DNA from: the human T2T-CHM13v2.0 reference genome, Homo sapiens | DNA: 64,000 nucleotides | Direction: 5' to 3' (one strand) | NCBI RefSeq assembly: GCF_009914755.1 | Contig: NC_060935.1 | Shown here: in pieces, positions 9,625 to 23,675 of the stretch | How positions within the stretch are numbered: the stretch's first letter is position 1 | How the letters are laid out: every line of letters starts with the position of its first letter | Program-made: the position numbers and the translations under genes | Notes under the pieces: model-generated | The model's input: the letters and a program-made list of their open reading frames with translations, nothing else | The model's database searches: none | What the model was told of the DNA's origin: nothing

Positions 9625-11415
9625 TTTTAACTTTAATTTTACTTTTAACTTTCATTTTACTTTTTAAACTTTTATTTTAAAATCAGAGGGTACATGTTCA
9701 GATTTGCTACAAAGGTATATTGTATAATGCATGTTGAGTAGAGTATTTTATAATAAGAGTCATTTATGACAAACCCAGCCAATATCATACTGAATGGGCA
9801 AAACCTGGAAGCATTCCCCTTGAAAACCAGCACAAGACAAGGATGCCCTATCTCACCACTTCTATTCAACATAGTATTGGAAGTTCTGGCCAGGGCAATC
9901 AGGCAAGAGAAAGAAGTAAAGGGTATTCAAATAGGAAGAGAGGCTGTCAAATTGTCTCTATTTGCAGATGACATGATCCTATTCTAGAAAACCCTATCAT
10001 CTCAGCCCAAAAGCTTCTTAAGCTGACAAGCAACTTCATCAGAGTCTCAGGATACAAAATCAATTACAAAAATCACAAGCATTTCTATACATCAACAACA
10101 GACAAGTGGAGAACCAAATCATGAGTGAACTCCAATTTACAATAGCTACAAAGAGAATAAAATACCTAGGAATAGAGCTAACAAGGGAAGTGAAGGGCTC
10201 TTGAAGGAGAACTACAAACCACTGCTCAAGGAAATCAATCAGACAAGACATAGGCAAATGGAAAAGCATTCCATGTTCTTGGACAAGAAGAATCAATGTC
10301 GTGAAAATAGCCATACTGCCCAAAGTAATTTATAGATTCAGTGCTATTCCTATTAAACTACCATTGACATTCTTCACAGAATTAGAAAACAAACTATTTT
10401 AAAATTCATATAGAACCAAAAGGCAGCTTGAATAGCCAAGGCAATCCTAAGCAAAAAGAACAAAGCTGGAGGCATCATGCTACCCAACTTCAAACTATAC
10501 TACAAGGCTACAGTAACCAAAGCAGCATGATACTAGTACAAAAACAGACACACAGACCAATGGAACAGAATAGAGAACTCAGAAATAAAACTGCACATCT
10601 ACCGCCATCTGATCTTCAATAAACCTGACAAAAACAAGCAATGGGGAAATTGCTTCCTATTTAATAAATGGTGCTAGGAGAACTGGCTAACCATGTGCAG
10701 AAAATTGAAACTGGGCCCTTTCCTTATACCTTATATACGTATTAACTCAAGATGGATTTAAAGACGTAAATGTAAAGCCCAAAACTACAAAAACCCTAGA
10801 AGAAAATCTACACAATACCATAGGCATGCCTATTCAGGATACAAGCACAGGCAAAGATTTCAAAACAAAAACATCAAAAGCAATACCAAAATTGACAAAT
10901 CGTATCTAATTAAACTAAAGAGCTTCTGCACAGCAAAAGAAACTATCTTCAGAGTAAACAGGCAACCTGTTTACTGGCAAAAGATCTGGCATTAAGATCT
11001 TAATATCCAGAGTCTACAAGGAACTTAAACAATTTTACAAGAAAAAAAAACAAGCCCATTAAAAAGTGGGCAAAGGACATGAACAGACACTTCTCAAAAG
11101 AAGACATTTATGCAGCCAACAAACATATGAAAAAAAGCTCAACATCACTGATCATTAGAGAAATGCAAATCAAAACCACAATGAGATACCATCCTACACC
11201 AGTCAGAATGGCAATTATTACAAAGTCAAGAAACAACAGATGCTGGTGAGGCTACAGGGAAATAGGAATGCTTTTACACTGTTGATGGGAATGTAAATTA
11301 GTTCAACCATTGTGGAAGAGAGTGTGGTGATTCCTCAAAAACCTAGAACCAGAAATACCATTTGACCCAGCAATCCCATTACTGGATATATACCCAAAGG
11401 AACACAACCAATTCT
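9625..11415. mobile_element. Truncated primate L1 with an inverted structure (minus-strand 3' end/tail at ~9625-9735, plus-strand ORF2 segment at ~9752-11415)
   Basis: ORF 9766-9987 ([26 protein letters not shown]) is L1 ORF2 RT; 'ttttattttaaaatcagagggtacatg' is an L1 3' terminus in the opposite orientation. Confidence 0.9.
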
Positions 11416-12481
11416 TAAGAAAATCTTTTATCCGATCATTGATGAAAAAGTGCTGTAATTTTTTTTCCATAGTGAGAAATAATAAGCAAAATGTGCCAGG
11501 CAGTGTGCTAAATGCTTTAAATACATCATCTCCCTTAACTTAATCCTTGTAATGCCTATGAGATATTTTCATCTTACACATGAAAAAACTTAAGTTGATA
11601 GAAGTTAAAGGACTTCACAAGCTTGTGTGTGACAGAGCTGGGTTTTTAACCCAGGGTCCAGGCTTCTATCGACTCTACCCTACGTACTTTTTTGAAGAAC
11701 ATCTCTGACCCCACAAAAACACTTGCTTACTTTTCACTGAACAGACTGTTTTAATTTTTTTCTAAGCATCCTTCAAGGCCCATTTGCTTCTCTCTGTGAA
11801 GCCTTCACCCGCATCCTTGTGCTCAGTTAGTGGTACCCTGCTCTGCCTTCCTATATGATACCATAAAGCTTTGTACTTATCTCTCCCAGAGCTCTCACTA
11901 TGTTTGATAATAGCCACCTGTGAGTTTGTCTTTACTATAAGGTTGAAGCAAAGCACAGAGAAAGGATGTGGACTTTGAAGTTAAGGAGAACTAGTTCAAA
12001 TTTCAGTTCTTCCTCTTATTAGTTGTATAAACATGGGCAAATTACTTAACCTCTACCTCATTTGTAAAATCAAGATAATGGCAACAATGATTGTGAATAT
12101 TTTAATGAAATAAGATTATGTTAAGTTCTAAAACATGCTGATGCTAATTAAATGGTAGAAATTATCATGACTTTTTATAACTGTTAAGTGAATGAATTGC
12201 AATTTTATCTTGATTCACCCCATTGGTTCTATATTTCTGAAAATTTAAGATGGGAACATTTGTTTACAACATAAATTTCAAGCAAAATATTTAAACACCT
12301 CATTTAAGAAAAACAAGCTTTTCACACATATATGTTTATAAACAATTAAGGTATTTATGTAAATATCCTTATAGTCATCAAAATGGATCCCAAAAGATCT
12401 CAGCTTCCCAATAGTTGGTTTAATTTGAATTACTATAAGACTTTAAAAATAATAAAAGTACAATTCCTTTAAATGGCTGAC

Positions 12482-12857
12482 TGTCACACAAGTCCGTGTG
12501 AAAAGACCACCAAACAGGCTTTATGTGAGCAATAAAGCTATTTAATCACCTGAGTGCAGGCAGACTGAGTCCAAAAAAGGAGTCAGCAAAGGAAGACATG
12601 GGTGAGGCAGTTTTATAGTATTTGGATAGGTAGTGGAAAATTACAGTCAAAGGGGGTTGTTCTCTGGCGGACAAGGGCAGGGGTCACAAGGTGCTTGGTG
12701 GGGGAGCTTCTGAGACTCATTGACTGGGAGAAGGAATTTCACAAGGTAATGTCATCAGTTAAGGCAGGACCTGGCCATTTTCACTTCTTTTGTGGTTCTT
12801 CAGTTGCCTCAGGCCATCCAGATGTATACCTGCAGGCTTGGACTCAGAGAACTCACA
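12482..12857 (-). mobile_element. Solo LTR7-family (HERV-H) LTR
   Basis: 'gtccgtgtgaaaagaccaccaaacaggcttt..gcaataaagct..aattacagtcaaagggggttgttctctggcgg..gtaatgtcatcagttaaggcagga'; TG..CA; 5-bp TSD CTGAC (12477-12481, 12858-12862). Confidence 0.92.
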
Positions 12858-14137
12858 CTGACATGATTTTACTAAATTACATTCCAACCTCTTTCTTCCA
12901 ATTAATCCCAATGAGTCAAGTTTTATTGTGTTTACATTTCAAGTCCAAGGTTAAAGTAAGTAAGTCAAAAATCTCAAATCCAAATGTTTCAGAGAGCCAT
13001 AGAAAAAGGCTTTGGCAGATTAATTGGAGGAAAAGAGGGCTTTCAAAGGAGGCTGAAAACAATTTTCTATTGATAGTTAAGTATGTCATCATCTGAGGGT
13101 ATATGCAAAGCAAGACTAGCCATATGACTGAGAGTTACATGGGGCTTCATTATATTACTTCTTTATATAGACTAGAGATGTTGGAAATTTTCCATGATAA
13201 AAAATATTTTAAAAGAACAAGATATAATTACCATCATCATTTGTTAAATTTACTGGGCATTTTCCATCTCTTTTAATTCATAAAATTATCACTTCCTTAT
13301 GAAGAGAAGCAAACTTAAGATTAAAGAGATTACAGAAATTTCCCAAATTCACGATCCTAATAAGTAGCAGATTTCAAAACTCTCATTTTTAACCAGTCCA
13401 AGATACTCAGAAGGAGAAAGGGGGAGAAATGGCATCCTACTGAGAAAGGAAATGTTTCCTTTTTCTATGTGAAAACTGCTAGCAGCCCTCAGATAAAGAA
13501 CCCCAAGGGGAAAGCAGATGTGACAACTGGAGGCACTGCGTGTGGCCTGTGGACTCCTGGGGAGGGAAGCAAGTAGAGCAGACCACAGCACTGATAGGGG
13601 AATGGAGCTGGCAGAAGTGAAGAAACAGCAGCTCTACTGGGATCTATCAGAAAGGTAGATGGATCCAAAAATATGTTGAATCAAAAAATGCAGAATGTGC
13701 TGTGTGCAAAAACCGGAGAAGGAATAAATAACCCACCCTGAGGGAGATTCATTCAGATGTTTCCTCTCCAAGAAAAAGTGTGAGGTGAGTATTTTCATTT
13801 GAGTTTGAGGAAATTCAGGCAACATAACCAAGAGAAGCACATACCCCAAGATTTCACAAGCAGAACACAGTTTCCATGTGGCTTGTGGAAGGAAGTGGGC
13901 ATTCAAAACCCGATTTTGAATTCAACCAGGAATTCCCAATGATATATGAGATGGACATACTGAGTGCTTTTTGTCAACATCCAACGAATATTTATTGAGC
14001 AAATATTATGTTTGGCACTGTGCTACATGATGAAATACAACAAAGAAAACAGATTCAGTTCTCTAAGCTATAGAGGAAACAGACAAACAAGTCAAACAAC
14101 AAAAAAAATAAAATAATTTAAAAGGTCTGAGTGCCAC

Positions 14138-14525
14138 TGTATTGGTTTTCCAGGGCTGCCATAATAAAATGTCACAGACTGGGTGGCTTAAACAACAATT
14201 TATTTTCTCACAATTCTGCAGACCAGAAGTCCAAGATCAAAGTGTCAGCAGATTTGGTATTTCCTGAGACCTCTCTCCTTGGTTTGCAGATGCCACCTTC
14301 TCACTGCGTCCTCACATGGCTGTCCCTTTATCTATGTGTTTTCTGTTTCCTGATCTTCTCTTCTGATAAGGGCAGCAGTCACACTGGATTAGGGTCCACC
14401 CATATGACCTTATTTTACCGTAATTACCTCTTTAAAGGCCCTATCTCCAAATACAACTAAGGTACTGCACGTTAGAACTTCAGCATATGAATTCGAGGTG
14501 GGAGGGAACAATTCAACCTCTAACA
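14138..14525 (-). mobile_element. MLT1B/C solo LTR
   Basis: 'tgtattggttttccagggctgccataataaaatgtcacagactgggtggcttaaacaac'; TSD GCCAC/GCCAT. Confidence 0.85.
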
Positions 14526-15721
14526 GCCATGAAGTTAAAAAACAGGATGCTGGCCCCATCTTTTCAGGGAAGTCGTACCTATTCAATCTGATGAAGTTAG
14601 ACTAATAAGTTATCATAATACGGGACACCTCCTCCTTTTGCACAGTTGCAATTGTCACAATGGCAATTTACATTACTTTGTGTGATCACTTGCTTAAGGT
14701 CTTCCTCCCTCTCCTCACTGCAAGCTCCAAGAGGGCAAGAATCTCTTCTGCTTTTTCCTTTCACTGTATCCTACCACTTAGCAGTTAACTGTACCTGATA
14801 TGTAGCAGTTGAGGTATCCACACATGTATTTTTTAAAAGGATGAATGAATAAGCATCAAGATTGAGAACAATGTTGAGGTGTGAGGTAGCATCTAAACTG
14901 ATATCTGAAGGATGGGATGATGAGCTGGACATGAAATAAATGGGAAAAAGACAACTCCAACCACAGTATGTGTGAAAGGTTTGCAAAAAGATATAATCTG
15001 ACATGTTACAAAATATATGTATTACATAGTGCCATATAATAATTGAACTTAATATGGCAACAAGGTAAGACTGTCTTTTGTTTCAGATATTCATGGATAT
15101 GCTGGGAAAATGTGGAAGAAGGGCCTAGCAATATCCTATAAAGCTAATTACTTTGGGGAATTCAAATAAAGATGAACCAACAAGAAAACAGCAGAGACGA
15201 ATAATCCCTAATTTTCCCCAAATCTCAAAGTAGGAAAGTATCTTTCTCAACCGGAGGTAATCCCCCTCCAACTCCCAGGTTTCAAAGAGTAGCAACTGTC
15301 AATCTGCAGAAATTCAGCTACCACACATACCCTATGAATATATTAAGACTTTATTATGATTTTGCAGCTAAATTGTATATGATCTTGAACTCAATATATT
15401 GTTACTATACATGGACATTTTAGAGCACTGAATCTGTTCAAGGAATTTGAAGATCACTCCATTGGTTTTGAAACTCCTGCAGCAGAATAACCCTCTGCAT
15501 GTGCACAGAACTTTGAAAGACTGCTAACATAAGACTTGAAGAGCTTTTATGGAGGCTACAGTTGGTTAGATAAGCAATAAACATATTTAAGCTTTTGCTC
15601 TTGAGTTACACATTATGGAAAATACATAAATATATATATCTTTCATGAAACACACATATGACGCACTGTACACCCGGGAAAAAAACAAAATTTAATGGTC
15701 AAAATATCCCATATTTGAGTC

Positions 15722-16301
15722 TGTCAACCTGAAATCAAAAACATCAGAATCCAGCTTAAAAGAGTTCGTTCAACTGCAAAGCTGAGAATAGCCATCCAGG
15801 TAATACAGATTCCAAAGGAATTGGATCAGTGCTCCAATGCTGAAAAGTTAAGGTCTTGCTTATACAGGCAAAAAACAAATGTAACAGGATTACAACATTT
15901 TCCATAGAAGGCTGGTTTATGAGTTACAGCAATTAGATTAGGTACAGCTTGTTTCCTTTTCATTTTCCAATTAAAGAAACTATATTCAACGTTTATCCCA
16001 GACAATGTGATAGTCATGAGGTCTTTGTGTAGGAGAATTAAGAGGAAAGTTAATCTATAATGAATATCAACAGTGAAAAGAGAATGGGTCTAGGTCTTCC
16101 CTTGTGCCCTTTAGTCTTTTACATTTTACAAAACAATGTAGGTTAAAAAAAAAAAAAAGCCTAATCTGTAATCAGAGAACAAAGATAACAGCTGCCTAGG
16201 TTACAGGTGTCTGTCATGTGACTCAGGTCCCATAATCACATTCCTTTAAGGCTCAAAGTAACTTGAAGTTCCAACAGCTTTTGAATTACTTTTTTTTTAC
16301 A
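15722..16301 (-). mobile_element. ERV1-class solo LTR (MER34/MER4-group-like)
   Basis: TG..CA termini with 4-bp TSD AGTC (15718-15721, 16302-16305); MER4-group-like 'cattcctttaaggctcaaa'. Confidence 0.7.
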
Positions 16302-16601
16302 AGTCAACTTTGCCAATAGCCAACAGTGTGACCTTGACTGCCACATCACCATGACATATTCACTGTGTGTCTAACTCCTTCACTAGATTATAATTCCCTA
16401 AGGGCAGAAGACATGTTTTATTTCTTTTTCATCTTTACCAGTTCCTTCTGTAACAGGCACTCACCAAATAGATGTTGTGTGGCTGGATGGAATAAATAAC
16501 AGCACCTGTAATAGATAAGATAGACATTATCTTGTTTACCAATGCAATAAGTTAACTAAGATAAAACATATATAAAACAATTACAAGGTGTAAAGTATAT
16601 C

Positions 16602-16944
16602 TGAATAGTCTGTTTTCACATGGCTGATAAAGATATACCTGAGACTGGGCAATTTACAAAAGAAAGAGGTTTAGTGGACTTACAGTTGCATGTAGCTAGG
16701 GAGGCCTCACAATCATGGCAGAAGGTGAAAGGCATGTCTCATGTGGCAGCAGACAAGAGAAGAGAACTTCTGCAAGGAAACTCCCCTTTATAAAACTATC
16801 AGATCTCATGAGACGTATTCATTATCACAAGAACAGCATGGGAAAGACCTGCCCCTATGATTTAATTACCTCCCACTGGCTCCCTCCCACAACAGGTGGG
16901 AATTCAAGATGAGATTTGGGTGGGGACACAGCCAAACCATTTCA
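16602..16944 (-). mobile_element. THE1 (THE1B-like) solo LTR
   Basis: 'gagactgggcaatttacaaaagaaagaggttta..gagatttgggtggggacacagccaaaccat'. Confidence 0.88.
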
Positions 16945-18118
16945 CTAATCAAGGTGAAATTATACAGTATTAATAATAAATTCAGCAGAGGGGAGAGAAT
17001 AAGACAAACCAACTTGTCTCCAAATTTAGTCAAAGATATATTTAAGAGTTAGTGAAAATTTGACTCACTTAAAAATACTTCTAATGGGGAATGGTGTATA
17101 AATTGTCTGGCAAGGAGCCAGTAAAAGGAAGTGGTTCTGTGGTCCTTGGATTTTCTTCCCTGGGGTTCATCCCCTTCCTACTCCTTAAAATCTTCAGAAT
17201 AGATTTATATCCATGTTCTGCTATAAAAGGAAGTGGCATTTTCCCTTTTTTAACTACTTTTTAAATCTAATATTTTTACTTTGTTCTGTTTTCTGATTGC
17301 TAATATCTTCCCTTATTTTCTTAAGTATATCTATCATGTTTATGTTAAATTATCTTTTCATCTGTTCTAACCCTTTTGCTCCAGATGGGAAATGTTAACC
17401 AGTTTTGTATCATCTCTCTTTTGAGGAAATTGTACTTCTCTAGTGTCTGGTTATTTTCAGCTTATCAGCTCAGCTTCCCCTAGGAGTTCAACCCGCTTGT
17501 CTTGCCATTGTACTGAAAAAGGTTCAAAGATCAGGCCCTATCTTTGTCCATAGCATAAAGAATAAGGAGAGACAAGAGTGAGTCCCAGGACAGAGAATCT
17601 TGACATCCACAGAGCCATCACTCCTTTTTGGCAACACCTACCCAGGCAACTCCTCTTGCCAGGCTTTCACTTTTAAACCCTTCTTTAGGAAGAAGCAGTG
17701 TGGGGAGGAGGCATATCCCTAGTTTGCAATATACTAGTCCGTGGATCTAGGAGAAGTGCAGGAGTGAATGCCTAGGAATAGTCAGTCCATACCTCTTGCC
17801 ATCAACCTCAGCAAGGTGGTCACTAACACCAGTAGCCTAGCACTAGAAGAATTAGGCACTGATTGTCCTAAGGCAGCGGGAGAAAGAGGCAAGAGCTAAA
17901 TGTCCCTAAAGATTTCCTCTAGCCACAGCCACTCACCTTCAACATTCACCATCCAAAATAGCCTTCAAGGGCTTCTTGTGTTCATTCCTAGCACCCTGGA
18001 TTCTCAATTCTATAGCTTCTTTAAGGTTGATTTTTGGAATAGGGTGCCAGTAGCCCATACTAGTTTGCTTGTTTTTAAGACCTTGTTTTTAAGCCCATCC
18101 CCTCAATGGATTTCTTTT

Positions 18119-18407
18119 TTGTTTCTTCGTTTTATGATTGAGTCTTGCTTTGTTGTCCAGGCTGGAATGCAGTGGTGTGCGACCTCAGCCTCCCGGGTTC
18201 AAACAATTCTCCTGTCTCAGCCTCCCGAGTAGCTGGGACTACAGGCACACGCCATGACACCCAGCTAATCTTTCTGTATTTTTAGTAGAGACAGGGTTTC
18301 ACCATATTGATCAGGCTGGTCTCGAGCTCCTGACCTCAGGTGATCTGCCAGCCTTGGCCTCCCAAAGTGCTGGGATTATAGGCGTGAGCCACCCACCGTG
18401 CCCAGCC
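18119..18407 (-). mobile_element. AluS element
   Basis: Alu dimer sequence; 15-bp TSD CAATGGATTTCTTTT (18104-18118, 18408-18422). Confidence 0.93.
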
Positions 18408-18519
18408 CAATGGATTTCTTTTAAAAGACTTTCTGGCTTACTTTCAGGTATCATTAGCCAATAAGTAAATTGTGATATTGTTTGAGAATCAGTGATACAT
18501 TTGAGTATCAAAGATTTGT

Positions 18520-18990
18520 GATGTGCCTAGCAATTCTACTTTTAGAAATGTATCCTAAAGAAATAAGCTGATAGGTACACAAAAGTGTTTAAGGTCATCC
18601 ACTGCAGTGGTACTGCTAATAGGGACAATTTGGAAATAACTGAGTGATCATCAGCAGAAGATTGGATAAATAAATCTGGCATACAAATGCAACACAATGC
18701 TGCATAGTCATGAAAATGATGATATGGATTATATGGGCAGAGAAGATATACCCTGTGATTGTTAGCTTACATTTCTAATATAATTCCATTTATGCAAAAT
18801 AAAAGAGAGAGGGAGAAAGAGGGCTGTAGCATAGACAGCAAAATGTTATCACGGATTGTCTCTAGATGTTGGGGTTTAAAATTATTGTTGCTTTTCTTCA
18901 TTATAATTCTCTGTATTGTTTGATATGTGAACATCCATTTTAATAATCCTTATGATCAGAAATATAATTTTTTTTGAAAATTAAAAAAAT
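18520..18990 (+). mobile_element. Old L1M(E) 3' fragment
   Basis: 'ctagcaattctacttttagaaatgtatcctaaagaaata..gattggataaataaat'. Confidence 0.6.
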
Positions 18991-20319
18991 AATGAATATC
19001 TCCCCAATCATGAAGCCACAGACTAAACTTCCCTAATGATTTGAGCCCCATTTCTATAGTGTTGGGGGTTTCAGAATAATCTGCTGCTGACCTTCAGTAA
19101 TAATTTGCTTAGTTTATAACTTAATAACCACTGTAACCCAAGGGTACAATGAAATAAAAGTGCTAATTCGGTGGAGCTGAAGGAAGACAAATTATCCCGG
19201 GGAAAGGGCTTCCCCTGAGCTTAGTCACTTAAAACCCTTGGTGGGACCACCAGGGAAAAGAGAGCCACTGCAAGCTGATGAATTGTTCATAGTCTTATCT
19301 GCTTGGAGGGGTTCACTGAAGCATTGTTTATGCTGCTATTTCCTGCATATCTAGGCTGACTAATCAGATGATGTTAGGCTGGGGATAAAGGGTAGCAAGG
19401 AATGTAAACGTTGTCAAGCCCAGGTGTTGAAAGCAAGAATCAAAAATAAATCAAATATCTTGCTGGTGCTCCCCGGCCTTATGACCTTGTAATTCTTGGC
19501 TTAAAGTCTGGATCCTTAATGCAAATGAGCTAATGGTCTCCCCTGGAGCAAAATAGCTTCTGGTCTTGGTGAGAAATGAATAAATAGCTGTAGTGTCCTG
19601 AGGCATCAGGAAAGGATCAACACTTGGGCCAAATTCAATGGTTGAAGCTTCCTGGGGTGAGAGGAAAATGAATCTAGGTCAGCAGGATTTGGGGGGCAAC
19701 TCAGTGTTTGTTTATTATTGCTGTAAAAATAATTCTACACTTGTTGGAAATTTAAATGAATCAGATTTTTTCCCACTATTCAAAGAGGGGAGGCTGAGAG
19801 TAAGATACCAAGTTACTTCGCAGTGCAGCTCCCCCATTCTATAAGGAGGCTCAAAGGAGCTGCCATAGCTTGACAAGTGGACTAAATGACCACTAAAGGA
19901 AAAGTCTTCATGCTGATGATTTCAGAGTCAATTTAGTGATGAGAAACTAAAACAGAATTTAGATTTATTCTCTACTCTGTGCCAGGGACTATGCTGGGCA
20001 CTCTGTGTGTGTAATCACATATTTCTCACAAAACTGTATAAGATAGGGAAATTATCCCAAGCTTCAGATAAGGAAAAATAGCAGTCAAAGAGTAATTATC
20101 TTGGCAAAGGTTCAAATCCAATTAAGAGGTTCATCACCTGGTTCAAGACTCAGATTGGTTTGGCTTTATGAACAGAATAAAAGCTCTTTACATTTTCCCA
20201 CCACATTGGCTCCCAAACTCCTCTCTTTGGACCAAATAGCTGCAAATTAAAAGTTCTTTAGTATAATCCCCTCTCAAGTTTTACATTGGGTTTGATTGCT
20301 ATGCACATCAAGGCTTCTA

Positions 20320-20820
20320 TTGTGGACTGCAAACTTGCTAGTTCTCTACCCAACATCTATTCTTTTTCTTCCTTTTTCCAGATTAAATCTCCTTACAGCC
20401 CACGTACCTTGGGAAGGCTGACCTCACTCCAGCTCCAAGACTAAACCCCAATTTACTCATGCCAATCAGCACATCCTATTATCTTAGCCAGAATATTGGA
20501 TTAGGGAGGGCATGTGACCTAAATGAGTCTATTAAGGTGAAATTTCAGGATGCTTGCTTGGAATGCTGGAATGGAGGCCTTGTGTGCTGATAAATGCAAA
20601 GCCTAGAATTGCTGCAGCCTTTTTGCTATCAAGTGGGAGGCTCAGTTTGGGATAAAGCTGATATAATATAGGGCAGAATGAAAAAAGAGAAAGAAAGAAA
20701 GTGGTCCTAAAGACAGCATTAAATTCCTGGATCAACCAAAAGTGTCTAGGACTTCCAGCTGTGCCTATCAACGAAGTATCATTATTATTTAAGCCTGCAT
20801 GAGTCCTGATCTGTTTCCTA
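20320..20820 (+). mobile_element. Old MaLR LTR (MLT1J/K-like)
   Basis: 'ggattagggaggggcatgtgacctaa', 'cctggatcaacc', 'tttaagcctgcatgagt'. Confidence 0.5.
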
Positions 20821-21253
20821 ATTGACATAAAATTTTGTATCCGAAGTAGAGTATTGGAATAATAAAACTATAAATTTAGAGCTGGCTGGGTAGCAATCAG
20901 AAGCTGGCAAGCTGGTGATCATTGTTGTCTGGTTATAAAACAGCTGTTGATACTATAGCCTATTAATAAAATGATCATTTAGTTTATTGTCCAAACTAGA
21001 TCACATTAGAGAATAAAACACAGATGACATTAATAATTATTTCAGGAACGGTACACTAGTCAGATTTTAGTTCACTTTTGTCTTTTAACCCTTAGAGCCT
21101 AGTGATACATTTACAATACATTGCTGTAATTTATTCAGGATCTGCTCTTTTAACCTCCCCGTCTAGAGTATGTGGTACAGTCATCCCTCAATATCCATGG
21201 GAAATTGGTTTCAGGATCTGCTCTTTTTACCTCCCCCTCAAGAGTATGTGGTA

Positions 21254-21574
21254 CAGTCATCCCTCAATATCCATGGGAAATTGGTTCCAGGATCACCCAC
21301 CCCAATAAGAAAATTCATGAGTGTTCAAGTTACTTATAAAATGGCATGGAATGTGCATATCATCTATGCACATTCTCCCATATAGTTTAGATCATCGCTA
21401 GATTACCTATAATACCTAATAGAATGTAAATGCAATGTAAATAGTTGTTATACTATGTTGTTTTATTTGTATTCTCTTTTTATTGTTGTATTTTTATTGT
21501 TTTTCTCTAATATTTTCAATCTGTAACTGGTTGAATCCATGGATGCGGAACCCACAGCTATGGAAGGCTGACTG
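21254..21574 (+). mobile_element. MER2 (TcMar-Tigger)
   Basis: TIRs 'cagtcatccctcaatatccatggg' / 'cccacagctatggaaggctgactg'; left end duplicated upstream (see findings). Confidence 0.85.
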
Positions 21575-21659
21575 TGTATCTTTGCAGTGAAAGTAGAAGT
21601 CCGTAACAGTAGACTGAAGTTGCCTGTAGGGAAAAGGCAGGCCAGGAGAAGGGAAATTA

Positions 21660-22135
21660 TATATCAATGTAAATAATAAGCAGGGAGAGGTTCTTTAAAA
21701 GAAAGTGATGTTTATTCAGAAACTTCAGAAACAGCACATTGCAATTGGAATACAGTTGCCATAGTAAACTAAGTGTGTATTCAGGGAAGTAGATGGAAGA
21801 CAAAGAGTTTTAAGGAAAAAATAAAGAAGACTGCATAATTTTTTTGAAATGATTATCCTTGGCTAAAAGGATCAATAACAAGGGTGACACCAGTCTGAGG
21901 TTGGACAAACAGTTGCTGGGCAGATGTCCTTGCACAAGTATTTTTTGTGTAAGGTTGCAGTGGCCTTTATGCAACGTTGTGATTTTTGCAGTCTTTTGTT
22001 ACAGTTTTGCTATTAGTCATACAAGTGTGAGAACCCTCTCTTCATAGCCTTCCCTGGCTGTATTTGTCAGGGTTTGGTTTTTTTGTTTTGTTTTATTTTG
22101 TTTTTAACACAAGCGACTCCATTTTGATTCTGACA
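21660..22135 (-). mobile_element. ERV1-class LTR (MER67-like)
   Basis: Ends 'gactccattttgattctgaca'; internal 'gctgggcagatgtccttgca'. Confidence 0.55.
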
Positions 22136-23288
22136 TTTGCTGAGCTAACGAGGCTGACTTTATCATGAAGGTAATGGGAAACCACTCCAAGAGTTGAAGG
22201 AAGGTAGTAATGTACCTATCCTTCATGTTGTTAAAAATCTCTCTTTATGTTGAGGACGATAGATAAGAGATGAAGAAGCCACATGTAGGCTATAGCTCTA
22301 AGAATAACGAGTGTTTTTAACACAGGCAGTGGCAATGTGAATGGGGACAAGGGTACAAATTTAAGAGATTGAAAAGCAAGAAGGAAGCTGATAAATTCAC
22401 CTGAAGCCAATCCTCATATAGCACATCAGCCTAAAATTCTTAGTATCAGACAAGCTTTTCAAAATTGATATGATAGTTTCAGCCCATTTTAAGAAAGTTC
22501 CTATTTTTAGGTCTCGTTTTCTTCTGCATTTTTCAAGGAACTTTTATCAACTTACCTGAAGATATTTTCACATTTAGATCATAAGGCTCTTAAGTATTTA
22601 AGGAATGCAGTGGATTTTACATACAAAACATTTTGTTTAGTCCCCTTTGTATATTACTTTTACTCCTTTGGTGTTCTTTTACAGTCATGCCTACCACTGA
22701 GGTTTTCAAGGAGTTTTGTTCCATTAGTCTAAGGGCACATCTGTCTAAGTTTCATTTTTCTAATAAGTGTTTATCACATTTGTAAAATTCCACATTTGAC
22801 TGTCTTCATTTGTCCCTTTTGAGGATTCTTTATTCTTTCTTGCTGGATTCTGTATGTGTGTGTTTTGTGCCTTCTGAGCACTAAATGGAATTATTAAGCA
22901 AATTAGGTCATATCTAATATTTCCCCATGTTTAGCTAAGTATGACCTTTCATACTGTGGCAATCAAAAGATACAATGGATATATAAAAAGAATCTTTAGC
23001 TCCAGTGAATTTCATTTTTAAGAAAATATTGCTGGATCATAAAACCCTAAAGAAAATCCACTATCAGTATTCCATATTATAAAGAACTGCATGCTGTAAT
23101 TGGAAGCATCTTCATGGTATAAGTTCAGCGTGGCATGGCTAGTTTAATGAGTCTTGGACTTGAAGTCAGAAAGACTTAAATTTGAATATTAGCCATGGCT
23201 CTTCTAAGCTATATGCTAATGACCAAGTTATTTGACCTCTCTGGGCCCCAATTTCTTTCATCTGGAAATGGTATTAAGATTTATTTCA

Positions 23289-23675
<387 letters not shown>

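Noticed and set aside
12602-13096. 164-aa ORF
   Set aside because: Starts antisense within LTR7 and runs into the flank; no homology recognised.
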